Source of the DNA: Phoronis australis
Lineage: Eukaryota; Animalia; Phoronida
Assembly: GCA_002633005.1 (NCBI GenBank)
Contig: NMRA01000608.1
Location: forward strand, 167,850-231,849
DNA: 64,000 bases
Direction of reading: 5' to 3'
Shown: in pieces, positions 24,681 to 37,411 of the stretch
Layout of the letters: the number at the start of each line of letters is the position of its first letter
How positions within the stretch are numbered: position 1 is the stretch's first letter
Program-made: the position numbers and the translations under genes
The notes under the pieces: generated by a model
The model's database searches: none
What the model was told of the DNA's origin: nothing
The model's input: the letters and a program-made list of their open reading frames with translations, nothing else

Positions 24681-26807
24681 AAAATGAGCATGTGGAAGAG
24701 CTGAAAAAGAAATGGAAAGAATGATCAGAACATACAAAAGCCAACATAACATAGTTATTAAAGGGACATTTCTTTCATACTATAGATCTACTATGCTAGA
24801 TAGTCAAAACATAAACCACATTAGGCCATCAACAAGTTATGTCACAAACTTTTCCAAATTATGACAGCAAATGCTTTCCATACCAACAGAAACAATTCAC
24901 CAACAACTAATAAAATGTGTCGAAAAGTCGTCAACTTTGACAAAGCTGGCTAACCATTCTAAAATAGGACTGATTCATATCCCTTCCATATGACCTCTAA
25001 TTTCACTTTGATAACAGAAATCAATTGCTCCCATGGCAAGGAAAGATTTGAGACCATCCCGTTAGAGCTAACCAGTGTACTACTATTTTCTTGCTTAGGA
25101 CAGAAATCACCCATACAAGATGGGAAACTGTAACATCATCAAACAGAAAATGCACTTTTTGTATGTGAAACTGCACTGCCTCCTAGACATGTTATCACCA
25201 ATGACGAATATTAACCCCAAAGGGAATTCTGAATACCACTGTGCTATAATAAACTACTATAGTTTCAATTCACAATTGAACAGCAACAGAAGATAGTCTC
25301 AAGAGTTAATTTCATTATGAAACAAGATTTGTTATAATAATGGTCTGACACAAACGACATTTTATGTACTTGACGTGTTTAAGACACATACAAAGAGTTT
25401 CAAATAAAATGCAATGCAATTTGATTCATGATGATTACACCAATGTTCTGCAACACACAAAACAGCTAATGTCTTACTAAACCATGTACTTTAGTACGGT
25501 TCGAGTTATCCTGTTAATTGCCATACCTTTCAAAAGTTATTGTTTCCACTGACTGCAGCTGCTGTAAAACACAAAAGCCAATAAAATTACACATATCTTT
25601 TAAATTGCGATGAATGATTTTGGAAACAATAAAAAACAATATACAAAAGACAAACTGTCATTAAGTATTTAAATATGCAAAAGTGAACTCACTGTGAAAT
25701 AGAGTGATAGTAAATTCAAGATGTGTAATACGCCAAAGACTTAAAAATCACTGAGCTGGCCCCAACAGTCATTTAACAAAACCATAACTATGTTACGCCT
25801 CCTGATTATGATAGTTTTTTAATTCAAGACAGCAGTCATTAGGTTAAAACTGAAATAGCAAAATTTGGAACTGGCCTAAATCAAATTGGTGTTGGCGAAT
25901 GTTCCCATTGAAACAGTCGGTGACCTCTATTCTGCTGTTACCATGAGTAAATATTATCAATAACTACCAGTATTCAAACAAAAAAATGAACAACTTCATC
26001 CAAAACAGGCAAAAATGGTTTTTAGAAACAGCACAGCGATAGGGTGCCTTAAATTTTGTTATGATGACTAGCTTAACTGACAAATGAGGCAAGCAACCCA
26101 TCATCCCTCATTATGTTGATGATGTGCCAGACAATAAGAGACTTTCAAGAAGCAATAGGGGCTCATCATGTGAAACTGGTGACACTTATTGGTTGTTTTA
26201 AGAGGTACTTTACCATCACGTGATAGTAAACTTTGTGAAAAACCCCTTCATAGTATTTATGATTAGAAGTGAAACACGTCGTCATTCTCTAGAGGCCACT
26301 AATATCCGGTCCAACATGATCAGTCATTAGTTCCCGCATTGTCATGATTTTGAATTAAGTGGTTGTAAAATAAATTTTTTGGAGGAATACTAGACTTAAA
26401 GTGAATTGATTATTTCTAAAATCAGAAAATCCAAGTAGCAAATTTTTTGCAGTTTGAAATTGATGTTTTATTGAAATCCGATGTTTGTTAGTAACTAGTT
26501 GTACACTAAAGCCAGTCGTAGAATAAGTATCCCTCCAAGCATCTGCGTAGCTGTATGTGCATGTTCTAACTCTTAAACTAAGACTGCACACAGGCATCAT
26601 GCCTCCCAAGAACATCGTCTCAAATCAATGCTGAAATAAAAATACATTTTAAACCATGGGATATCTTCATTGATCATTACTCTGAAAATATGAGAAAAGC
26701 CCCTACTCCAAAGGGCCATTTACTGTATGTACAAAATAAGCATGACTGTGTCATGACTATAAATGAACTATCTAACTGCCTCTCCGTTTCATGTCACTTT
26801 CGAACTA

Positions 26808-26939
26808 CAGTCAAACCTCATTACAATGAAGCAGGTATAGCATTCGACTTCACGTCCCAAGTCAACTGTACTACATGCAAATTGGGTACAGCCTCGGTTC
26901 AGAAGGTCCTGAGAGATTCATTGTAATGAGGTTGGGCTG
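26808..26939. mobile_element. Tc1/mariner-pogo-type MITE
   Basis: TA|CAGTCAAACCTCATTACAATGAA ... TTCATTGTAATGAGGTTGGGCTG|TA; TA target duplication. Confidence 0.8.
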
Positions 26940-28385
26940 TAATAGTCCTTCACAGTACTCAGTTCTGAGTACAAGTTCTTCACACTACATAACAAAAAAC
27001 CAAGAGCTTGTAACCATATTATGACCCTTCATAGTACATCCATAGGCTCTCTGAGGTAAGGGCAATACGCTATGCTGCTTCTTTAAACCGAAGAGTCAAT
27101 ATTGCGAAAATAAACCAAACCTCCATGTAATGCACTACTAATTTAGGTACGCAAAATTATTATCTGCAACAGAGGAACAAATTTCAAATTTTACCAGATA
27201 ATTGTTGCACATTTGAAAGAAAATTAACTAGAAACCTCATTAAAAATTTTAATCATTTTGAAATGCAGCAATTGCTCAACAGGAAATTGGTTTATAACCC
27301 ATACCAACAGCCACTGTCTTACTTTACAAGGGCATACAATGTCAGGTCTACACTTTTCAGAGTGTTTGTCAACACAATGAATTCTACACTACCATACTTA
27401 GTTGAAAGATGCCTCACCACATGTGGTACAAATTTAACTAAGCATGTCATCCATCAGGATTCAAATGGGATATATTAACAGACTGTTTATGCATAGCCTA
27501 AAAGCATCTTCTGCTTCTACATAAAATTAGGCGTACAACACAATTTGTGTATTACCTTCCGTGGAAACCAATGTATCAACTCAACAGCGAAGTGTGGGCT
27601 TTCTGAAACAAAAGTTAACAAATTAAGGCAACTAACTTCACATGTACCCTTTCTGTGACTTGAGTTAGGACTCATTCAGCAAGAGTTTAGGGTCAGATAA
27701 GTGTGCAAATTATTATGATGAATTATGTCTAAGGAAAACTAAAAAAAAAACGTCTTCCAACTGTGCTACTGCCTTGATGGCATACTCATCTCACTATGTT
27801 TGTCATAATTCAAAACATAGATTAAAGTGGATGTCAGGATGACGACTCACGATGAGTGGTCTACCTGGTAGTTAAAATGTATTATGACTGCTTAGGCCAA
27901 ATGACATTGAGGTCAAAAGATGCTTCTGCAAAAACAATGTTTACAAACAGCAATAGCAAAAATTCAGGAAAATAAGGTCGAATCACTAAATGCTGAAAAT
28001 GTGTGCTGCAGCGCCAGATATTTGCACTTTTGTTATTAAAAATTGGTCAAAATCCGTAGACATATTTAGCTGTGAGGTGCATCCACAACACACTGAAGCA
28101 CGGAATCATGCTTAGTAACAACAGAAACCCATAAATTGCCTTACTCCGACGCCAAAACTGCACTGGGATATTCACAAAACTAGTAGAAATAAATGAAATG
28201 AATGAAATACTGTTGATACCCACCAACTTAGCACTACCTTAGACTAAAAACACATTGTGTCAACCGGATACATAACAGTCATCTAAAACAATACGAAACA
28301 AACACATTAGGACCACATAGAACATGCCCATGTCAGCAATAAATAAAAGAAATTTTTTTCTTGCAATCTCATTACTAAAGACTTG

Positions 28386-28632
28386 GAGCCATTCCAACAA
28401 AACTGACTTAGCTAAGACAAATCTTAAAGTTTAGTAAATTTCAAAATAAAAGTTAAATTTTTCTCAAAACCAATCCAGGAAAGAGATCTTAAGTTTGACT
28501 TAGGAGTTTGACATAAGTTTTGTCTTAATTTTGACTAACTTACCGAATGTGGAAGTTTCAAAGTTTGGAAGTTAAGAAAAATCTTTAAGTTAAGTCAAAA
28601 ATGAACTTAAGTCAGTTTCTTGGAACAGGCCC
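28386..28632. mobile_element. PIF/Harbinger-like MITE
   Basis: Imperfect TIRs GAGCCATTCCAACAAAACTGACTTAG / CTTAAGTCAGTTTCTTGGAACAGGCCC; 3-bp flanking repeat TTG; many internal CTTAAG motifs. Confidence 0.55.
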
Positions 28633-29647
28633 TTGATGTACTTAAGCCTATTTGAGGACCAATGAAACAACAAAGGTAACCTTGACCTTTTAAAGGGGCA
28701 CATGCCCCATGCTGTGTGATTTTGTAGTTGTCTACTCATAAATTTCTGATAATTATTCTGGAACCTTTGAAATTTTCCAAGTTGGTGGCGATAATTTCAG
28801 AAAAACATGCTAATAGGTCAATTGATCCACAGGGTCTAAAATCTCTGGATTAAGTTAGAGAACCTATCTCGGTGCAGTCAACGTCATTTTACTAGTAATG
28901 TGCCAGTTAAATCCAAGCTAAGCAACTCCATTGCATCAATGAATTTTTGTCACTGACGCGCGATATGAGTCCTACTGCATGACCGTGACCCTAAAATTTC
29001 TCTGAATTGGCCCTTTCATAGTGCAAGAAAATCTGAAGAGCACAATCTCACAATTATGTCTGCCCTATGAAATCCTACAATCAACATGTTTCCACAAACC
29101 ACAACACAGAAGAAATGGAACTGGTGAATATTTAGTATGCAGCAGTGTGAAGCATGCCATTCGATCATTCATGTACAGGTCCCCCATTCGTGCAAACCCA
29201 GCCTCATCTCGGTGTTGTTGGCAGATTATACTAGTAACCTTGTATGTTATTGTTTGATTTTGCAGGCTTTCAAAGAAGTATCTCAAATTCTCTATTTCAA
29301 GGAATGCACCTGTAGGAAAGAAATCTCAACTGTCAGAGTATTTGTCAAAATTCAACCATTTAGAGAGTGAACCCTGACAAAATGCAACCCATCCAGAGTA
29401 ATTCTGTGTGAAACTTGCAACTTTCACTTTAAGACAGTTTTGTTCCAGAGACCCTTGTGCCAGGAAGAGTATTTTGGCTGGCACGTTTTTGAGCAGGAGA
29501 ATTTGTCGTGAAAAAGTCACATCTTCCACGGGAGTACCCCCCACACACGTGCCGGTTATTACCATATAACAACAAACAATGAACAACTGTGCTTATTTGC
29601 TTAATCAACAACTTGACTTAGGTGGTGTAGCGAGCGTGATTTGCAGA

Positions 29648-30891
29648 CAGGGTTTCCCCTGCGTGCAAACTTCTGGGCGGCCCGCCACGCTCCTTTTTGG
29701 CCCCGCCACGCGTAAATCATTCTCAAATTAATCGTAACACACCTAATCGTGACGGGGAAACTGCACCGCCACGCAAACATCGCTAGTAAAAATGTTCGCT
29801 AGTAAAAATGATCGCTAGTAAAAATGATTGCTGGTAAAAATGAGCACTGGTAAAAAAAGAGCGCTAGTAAAAATGAGCGCTGGTAATAATGAATAAGTAC
29901 AAGTCACACGGCACCTTTCGCAGTTTGTGGATCGAAGGGAAAAAATAATAATTTTACAATGGGATCTTGAATTGTGCCCACGTTAAACAATCATTCAATC
30001 CCCAATCCCCTTTCGTAACTCGTTTCTGCCTGGTTATCCGACAATGCACAAATACTTTTAAGTATTAAAATACAGCCGGGGACCAGGCAACGACTTCGAT
30101 ACGTATTTTCTTAAATGGGAAAGCGCCAGAGCTCGCTAATGAAGTAAGAAACAGTAAGATTTGTGCTTCATTCATTTTATCGTGTTCGAGTTTACAAAAG
30201 ACCTTGTGAATCATACTGCAGGGCGTGACATCCAACTGTTTAATCAACCATAGCCGTGCGCCAAAACGACGATATTGAATGTTAACCAATCTCAGATTCG
30301 TCTGCATGGACTGGATTATTACATCGTCTGCTACGCCGGTCAACGCCAATCCACTATCACTGATTAATGTTTAGCAAGACGATATCAACGGAGGTTTCGT
30401 TACACGAATTAGTTTATTAGGTCTACAAAGTTCAAATATTTTTGTTCTATGTTTGCCACTTCGTGGATAACTGAATTTTAACACTGTTTTTTGAACTCAA
30501 GTGCGACAGAGATCACACTTATGCCGGACACTTCATTGCCAAATTGTCTTTCGAAGTGTCCTTTACCCACATACTTCCACTACATGATGCTTGGGTTAGG
30601 TCTTGTCTATGATGTCTATGATGAGCAAACTGTCCCCAATTTCATCTAAATTTCAAATTTTGTCTGGGGAAGGTCTCCCAACCCTCCCCCCCGATGAGAG
30701 GATCTCACTTCATCCCATGCTCGCATGTGACATCGGGTTCCCAATCCGCGTCGAGTATTCACCACCACGCTCCTTTCGAAACCCAGGCTATAGGGGGATC
30801 CCACTTCTCATATACGCCTGCAGCAACGGGCTGTGCATCCCGTTTTGGCCATTCACCACCACGCCCCTTTCAAAACCCAAGGGAAACACTG
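29648..30891. mobile_element. Non-autonomous hAT-like element with a 5-bp TSD (hAT5-type)
   Basis: Ends CAGGGTTTCCC / GGGAAACACTG; GCAGA directly flanks both sides; subterminal CCGCCACGC/CCACCACGC repeats. Confidence 0.7.
29781..29893. repeat. 16-bp minisatellite, ~7 copies (CGCTAGTAAAAATGAT)
   Basis: Read directly; lies inside the hAT-like element. Confidence 0.9.
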
Positions 30892-31709
30892 GCAGAATTG
30901 GTAGTAGCCGGTTATAACGATCCATAAATTCGGGCAGCAGTTTCGTCATAGACTTACACATGGTTTCATTTATAAGTTGTCAATGTCGGTGACTGAAACG
31001 AGCACGTTATAACTATTCAGTGACAACGTGTAATATTTGGCAGTGGTTGCTTGATTCTCAAAATTAGGGATCGTTGTATCCGACAAGTGTCCAGAAAAAT
31101 ACTCACGCTATGGGTACAACCTCAAGTACAACAAGCAAGATATGACAACCAGGAATAACTGCGAAATTACTAAGTAGGGGCCTACCGTCTTTCGACTTTG
31201 CGAAAATTAACCGTTTGCGCATGCTCAGAATGACGTAACCTTCTGCACTGTCATATCCACCACCGCAAAATTTTCCACTTAGAATTATAATGTCCCGCAC
31301 AATTTAACGCACGTGCGATGCTCCGATTACTGGTACACGGGGGATTTTTAAAAATGCACTAAACCATTTTAATATCCCGAGTGATTCTCGACAATTTTTG
31401 GAAGGGAGTGCAGCTGGAAACTTAGGCTTATACCGGGGTGAAAAATGAGAATCCCGCTAGCTGCATGTAGCCTATTCAGTTGACGCCCAGCATACTGGCG
31501 CGGCAGTGGATTACCCGGATGCTCCATTTTAATTATATACGCAAGACGGGCATTTTCTCAGTTTTTACAGGGGACAATGGTTACTTTCACACGTGTACGC
31601 CCATTGAGCTGGGCGATTTCGTGTTGCTATCAGTCATGTTTTCACTGAGACAAGTTGTTCCTGCAACCTACAGTTCCCTTTTGAAGAGTATAGTGTTGGA
31701 AATGACACA

Positions 31710-31845
31710 TGCAGCACTGATAAAGTGGAGGCGCTAAAGCCCCCTCAACTGAACCCCCTGTGGTGCACCGCCTATAGACCATGTGTGGCGTAGCACTGAA
31801 AAAAGTTGGGGGCTATAGTCCCCTCAGCCGCCTATGTGACACCCT
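31710..31845. repeat. Short dispersed repeat (two tandem copies); an inverted third copy lies at ~36335-36400
   Basis: AGACCATG.G.GGCG.AGCACTGAAAAAAG...CCCC.CAGCC.CCTATG matches the reverse complement of 36335-36400. Confidence 0.6.
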
Positions 31846-33159
31846 TAGAGAGTTTCTCATTGTGGAAAGTCACCCTGGAACGGCACATTCCATGAAATTC
31901 CCCTCTCTAGGTTCTTTTCAAATAGTCACTATCTTTTGTAAGTATGAATCAGTTGCGAATCTTAAGTATAATCACCGGAACTAATTTGTTTGTAATTAAA
32001 ATTATTGCATCAGCCGGTGAACTGATACACCAGGAGTAATGAGTCTACATCCAAACTGTAAACAAGTTAACTGCGTAATTAGGTATTGTTCATTTCGGGT
32101 GCTAAAAAAGGCGATTTTTTGTTTTGTTCAAGTGAAGTGAAAATTTGAATAAAAAATTGATTTGCTAAAAAACATTTTATTTTGTATTTTGTTGCCACAT
32201 TAACAAAATATGTATGTCACGGTTGCATTAAATCGCGTCGTTTGAAATATGTATCTTCAGCAGTTTTGGTTGACAATTTCATATTCACCATTAATTGCGT
32301 GAGACTATAAAAGCACAAACTGCTCAATAAATAAGTAGTACATCTCAAGAATTTAGAGATGATGTCGGTAAAAAAGCGAACGTCACGTTCTTGGCTTTGA
32401 GTGAGACTGAAGATAGGTCCAAAGAAGAAAGGCAATGGCACAGCGTAGATGTGATAACGAAAGAGGATCAACAAGGAGTGTTGATGGGAACAACAAATCA
32501 TGGAGTGAAGAAAAACGATTTTTTTTCGGTAACAAATATAAATGCAAAAAGAAACGGCATTCTTCACAAACTCAACGTCTGAGGTAAGTGTCTTCAAACT
32601 TTGGAAGTATAAATTATACATTTTATTAAAGTTCGAAATTTTTTTATTGCATTTTGATGTAATTTTGTAAAAATGATTTTAAAACACAAAAAAGTTCATT
32701 AGCCCCTTTTCGCCGTGTGTGAATTGATCGCGATTTTTGTTAATTACTCCAGTTATTCGACGCCAAGCCGTTCCATGTGCCCGAACATACCTTCGATGAA
32801 TATAACAACCCGTCGAACGTGGAAATCTGAGACATCGGATCCTTACCCATAAAAAGACGCATGTCGGTGCAAGGATACGTTAGTGCTGTAAGCACGTTTC
32901 TACACGTATTGGTTATTAGTACATTAGTGATGATTGGCAAACCGACTAAAACATTACAGATTTGCATACGTTTATTATGCAAGTCTACCTTGGATTGTTG
33001 ATTACGTCAGTTTCGTTTACACAACTGTGACAAATTAATATTTTACTGAAATCTTCTTCAATGCATTTCCAATATGCTAAATTATACCATGACACTTGTT
33101 GTTGCATTGGTTAAGCGAAGAACTTAGGAACAGGTGTATGGTTGGCCGTTGAGGGGAAA

Positions 33160-33434
33160 GTGTCGCCGTAAAATTACGCTCGTAATTACGAGCGTAGTTT
33201 AAATTGCAGGAATGTCGCCGTAAAATTACGCTCGTAATTACGAGCGTAGTTTAAATTGCAGGAATGTCGCCGTAAAATTACGCTCGTAATTACGAGCGTA
33301 ATTTAAATTGCAGGAGTGTCGCCATAAAAATTACGCTCGTAAATTAAATGGTGAAAATTTTCGCCGTAAAATTACGCTCGTAATTACGAGCGTAAATTAA
33401 ATAAGGAAATGTCGCCGTAAATTACGCTCGTAAA
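33160..33434. repeat. Left subterminal array: 52-bp period with palindromic core TACGCTCGTAATTACGAGCGTA
   Basis: Units start at 33162, 33214, 33266 and 33318, followed by shortened units; perfect 22-bp palindrome (30 bp in the third unit). Confidence 0.95.
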
Positions 33435-33498
33435 ATTCCTCAAGAACGTTCCAAATTTAAACCAATCAATGGTAACCTAACATACTCGAAAAACCAAT

Positions 33499-36400
33499 AT
33501 GGCTACGAATGGACACGGAGATGACTTTCTGTTGAATGTGCAGCGAATTGTAAATGACATGTGTCGACGAATTTCTACGCCTCCCGTGGAAACAGGTGTC
33601 CTCAATTCAGTGACACTGAGGTAAGTTTCTCTCACCAGGGTGAGGTATGCTCAGGGGCGGATTCAGGATTTTGAGTTAGAGGCCGGGGGGGGGGCAGGGC
33701 AAAGTATTAGCCAGGATTTTGCCNGGCATGACCCCCTTGGCACCCGTCTAAATCCGCCACTGATGCTGGTGGAAAATTAACACACCAACAAATTCAGTGA
33801 CTGTACTTAAAAAAATTGTCTCAGAGTCAATGTTCCATTGATTACGAAAATTCTGTACATTTGTCTCCCTGACTGTTAATCATCTTACTAGCGTCGGGGT
33901 ACACATGTATCCGGCGTCTGCAATTTGCTGAATGCTAACGCAATCACAGCTATACCCTTCATTTGACTTACTGTTTGTGTCCGAGACTGAAATGGTTAAG
34001 ATCGATCAATTTTTATTTAGGGACCGACTGTAGATACATTGTCGACTTTACTAAAGGAACTCGACGATAAATTTGCTGTATAAAGACTACGCTTATTGTT
34101 GTCAACGCGTAACGGGGAACTCTATCTTGACTTGGCAAAAATGCTATGATCACTTTAGAATCATGCATATGTATCGATTAACGAATTGTGCTTCACATCA
34201 TACCTCACAGTTGTACTAGGTCGACAGGCAGCCTAAGTTGGGAAAGGAGCATGAACGAAATTGAAATTAAACTGTCGCTGTCTATCTGTTGACAGGGTCT
34301 ACATTACATGTTATTTCAGATGTGAACAATTGATGACTAATGTGCTTAGAGCCAGTGGCAATCTATGCACAGAGAGCGAGTCGGAGCGTATTACTGGTCT
34401 CCTGTCACAACTACGTCATGAGGCAAAAACATTACTGGAAAGTAATAACACAGGTACCTTGTCCAACAAAGCAGTTAGGTTCTTAAAACCTTCTGTGCAA
34501 ATAAGGCTCATGTGCCTACATCCATTCGCACAATCACCTATTCTTCAATATTTACTCTGACTCTGTACATTTGCAATTGTTTTCTGTGAAAAAATAAATT
34601 TCTTGGAGAAATTTTAAGAAATAAACTTGTTTTAAAGTGTAACGCATGTTATAGTTTTGATCTATGGAAAATTAAATATCTGTACTCTGGTCAATTGTAG
34701 CTCTATCTGGATACGCAGCACCTTGGAAGTGTAATGGGAAAATAGGAGGTCCAAAGAAGAACATATCCAAAGAACAACTCCTGTTTTTAACTAAAGCAAA
34801 GATGGTCAACCGAGCCATAGCGAATTGCCTGGGTGTGTCAGTGGACACTGTAAAATCGAGACTTAGGTAACTTTTAGTTGGAAATGCAGCCTAAAATGCC
34901 AAGATGATGAAACTATGCTTTATTTCTGTTCATAAAGTTTGGTTTTAATGCTATTACTAAACTTGATCAAATAAGAGAGAAACCGAATATCAATGGAGAA
35001 CATTAAAACATTTAGAAACTGATATGTAAATTAAGCTCGCACTAAACTGACCATACTTCCTTAGTGTGGGATTCCGCTTCTCCAAGTTGAAACGGGGTGA
35101 TTTGTAGGCCTAGTTTACCCCCCCAAATCGGAATCTGTATGCAAATTATCTTGAATAAGAAAGTTTGAAAATGAAGTTTATTCTCATTTGATAGAGATCT
35201 ATATGAAATATTAGAAAAAGGTTTGATGCCTTTGGTAATTACATTTAATTTAGATATGAAATCATTCACGAAAATACCATGCCATTCACCTAAATATGTA
35301 GTTTTAGGTATCTATTGCACTCGCTACTGATGCTGTTACTGTAAATTAGCTAAGTGTGTTATTGTTGCACGGATTATGGCTATACTTTTGTTGCCAGACA
35401 ATGTCATACAGTTTTTTCTTCACAGCCTCTTGAGGAATTTTCTTCACCAAAAGAAAATTATTTTGCCAACTTTTGTTTCGAATGTATTTCAGAGAATATG
35501 GTATTTTTAAAAGAACCCCATGTGATCTGTCTAACGAAGACTTAGACATGGCGGTTGAACGGGCCATTGAAGGAAACAGAAAAATCGGCCCAAATGATGT
35601 GAAAGCTCGCCTACAAGGCAAGCTAGGGCGTTTTTGTACCACGATCAAGGGTCAGAGCACTTCACAGGGTTGATCCTGCCGGATGCGCCATGCGCTCAGT
35701 TGGTGCACAACTACACAGGCGCACTTACAATGTACGCGCCCCCAACTCTCTTTGGCATATAGACGGGAACCATAAGTTAATAAAGTATATGTTAATTTGG
35801 TGAGGTACTCTATTTTCGTACTTTTATGCTACAAATGCCTAATTCAAGAGTGCAGCCTTTGTAACAATGCGTGCAGTCATTAAAATATTTCCCATTTGTA
35901 AAAACAAAAAGCTTAATGTGCGTGAGATTGTGTCAATTTTATGTCAAGTTTTAAAAAATTGAACTACTCTGTCGGCTTTTCATTACGTTCAAGCGTTTAC
36001 CTCTACGTTCATTCCCATTTACTGCTTTTGACATTACTTCCAGATGGGGCATAGTTATTCATGGTGGGGTGGATGGCTACAGTAGGTTGATCACCTTTAT
36101 GCAGGCAGCAAACAACAACAAGTCAAGCACAGTTTTTCAAGCCTTCAAGGGAGCCATTGAAGAGTAAGCATATATGCACAAAGAGGCAACTACATTAGAA
36201 TATTGAAAGGACAATGCGTTGTGCGAAGAACACTCACCAAAGACACACACACACAAGGCACACACGCACACATTCATTGTTGCAGTATATTGCAGTCTCT
36301 ATATCAGAGTCGAAATCTAAACTGCAGTCTAAATGACGGCGCACCATAGGGGGCTGGGGGATATACCACCGCTTTTTTCAGTGCTGCGCCGCCCATGGTC

Positions 36401-37411
36401 TTATCTGCATTCCCTAAACCACATTACCAGCGAAACTTGTGACCATACATGCTCATCTGGTTCACAACCTGATAGAATTTACAGAGTACCTTAATTGAGT
36501 TCATACAATAGACAAACATTTGAGAAATCAATCCTTTGGCTTTTTAAATGACTAATTGTCACTAAATAGTGCTCCTTACATGGTCGGTTTTTATGTAGTT
36601 TTCATATTTACAAATGTTATTATTGATCAGACTTAGCCTGTTATTCTACCTCACCCACAGTTAGTTGCTTATCCAGATGACATTTCAATAGGCTGTACTG
36701 CAGTAAAAGACAACCACTTCTTACCTAGAGACCAGCATCATGTTATGCGGTTGCCATATATAGGCAAATAGATGACAAGAATGTTTTCATCATTTCAGGT
36801 ATGGGTGCCCATCAAGGATAAGAGTAGACCTTGGAGGCGAAAACAATGCAGTTTGCAGTTACATGGAGGAAACGAGAGGGACGAGCAGAGGGAGTGCACT
36901 ACGTGGGTTGTCTGTTCACAATCAACGTATCGAGAGGTTATGGGTGGACCTGTGGAATGGCGTAACCAATGTATTTTATGATTTGTTCCAATATTTAGAA
37001 AGTACCCAGATGCTCAGTGTTGACAACAACAATCACCGATGGGCTCTTCAATACATATTCCTCCCAAGGATCAATGAGCAGATACGAGATTTCACTGAGC
37101 AGTGGAACAATCACGGTTTGAGTTCTGAAGGTATGGCTACACCTAAACAGCTCTTCATTCAAGGTGCGTTGGCAAATGTTCATTCCAACCTCACTGGAGT
37201 GAATGACCTGTTCAACCCCGCCTATCAGCAAGCTGTGAATGAACCTCTGGTGGAAAATGCGCAGCAACTAGTGGACACTCCCTCAGCACGTTGTCCCATT
37301 TCTGATGAGGATCTGCAGGTGATGAGTCTAACCATCAATCCAACAGAGAGCTCGTCTGACCATGGTGTTAACCTATACTCAGTTCTCAGTTTTATTGATG
37401 AACACCTGTAA
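33499..37411 (+). pseudogene. Spliced IS3EU-type transposase (HTH + rve/DDE integrase core), 6 exons, single +1 frameshift near 35625
   Basis: Exons 33499-33620, 34320-34453, 34701-34866, 35493-35784, 36044-36163 and 36799-37411, all GT-AG with compatible phases; total 1447 nt = 3n+1. Motifs IANCLGVSVDTVKSRL (HTH), RVDP, YNVRAPNSLWHIDGNHKLIKWGIVIHGGVDGYSR, YGCPSRIRVDLGGEN, SVHNQRIERLW, WNNH. Confidence 0.9.
33652..33762. mobile_element. 111-bp hAT-like MITE with 5-bp TSD in transposase intron 1
   Basis: CAGGGGCGGATT ... AATCCGCCACTG flanked by ATGCT on both sides; contains one n. Confidence 0.75.

Noticed and set aside
28690-28995. Kolobok-like MITE starting TTAAAGGGG
   Set aside because: The right end and the TTAA duplication are too degenerate to support a call.
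29021-29611. Cluster of short overlapping ORFs, possibly a decayed gene
   Set aside because: No motif I can name, and the frames are inconsistent.
33160-33434. Palindromic repeats as a CRISPR array
   Set aside because: The intervening sequence is itself repeated rather than unique; the motif recurs at 46051-46150 and is better explained as transposon ends.
35615-35645. Programmed -1 frameshift as in bacterial IS3 orfA/orfB
   Set aside because: The required shift is +1, not -1, and there is no canonical X-XXY-YYZ heptamer; a single-base insertion or sequencing error is simpler.
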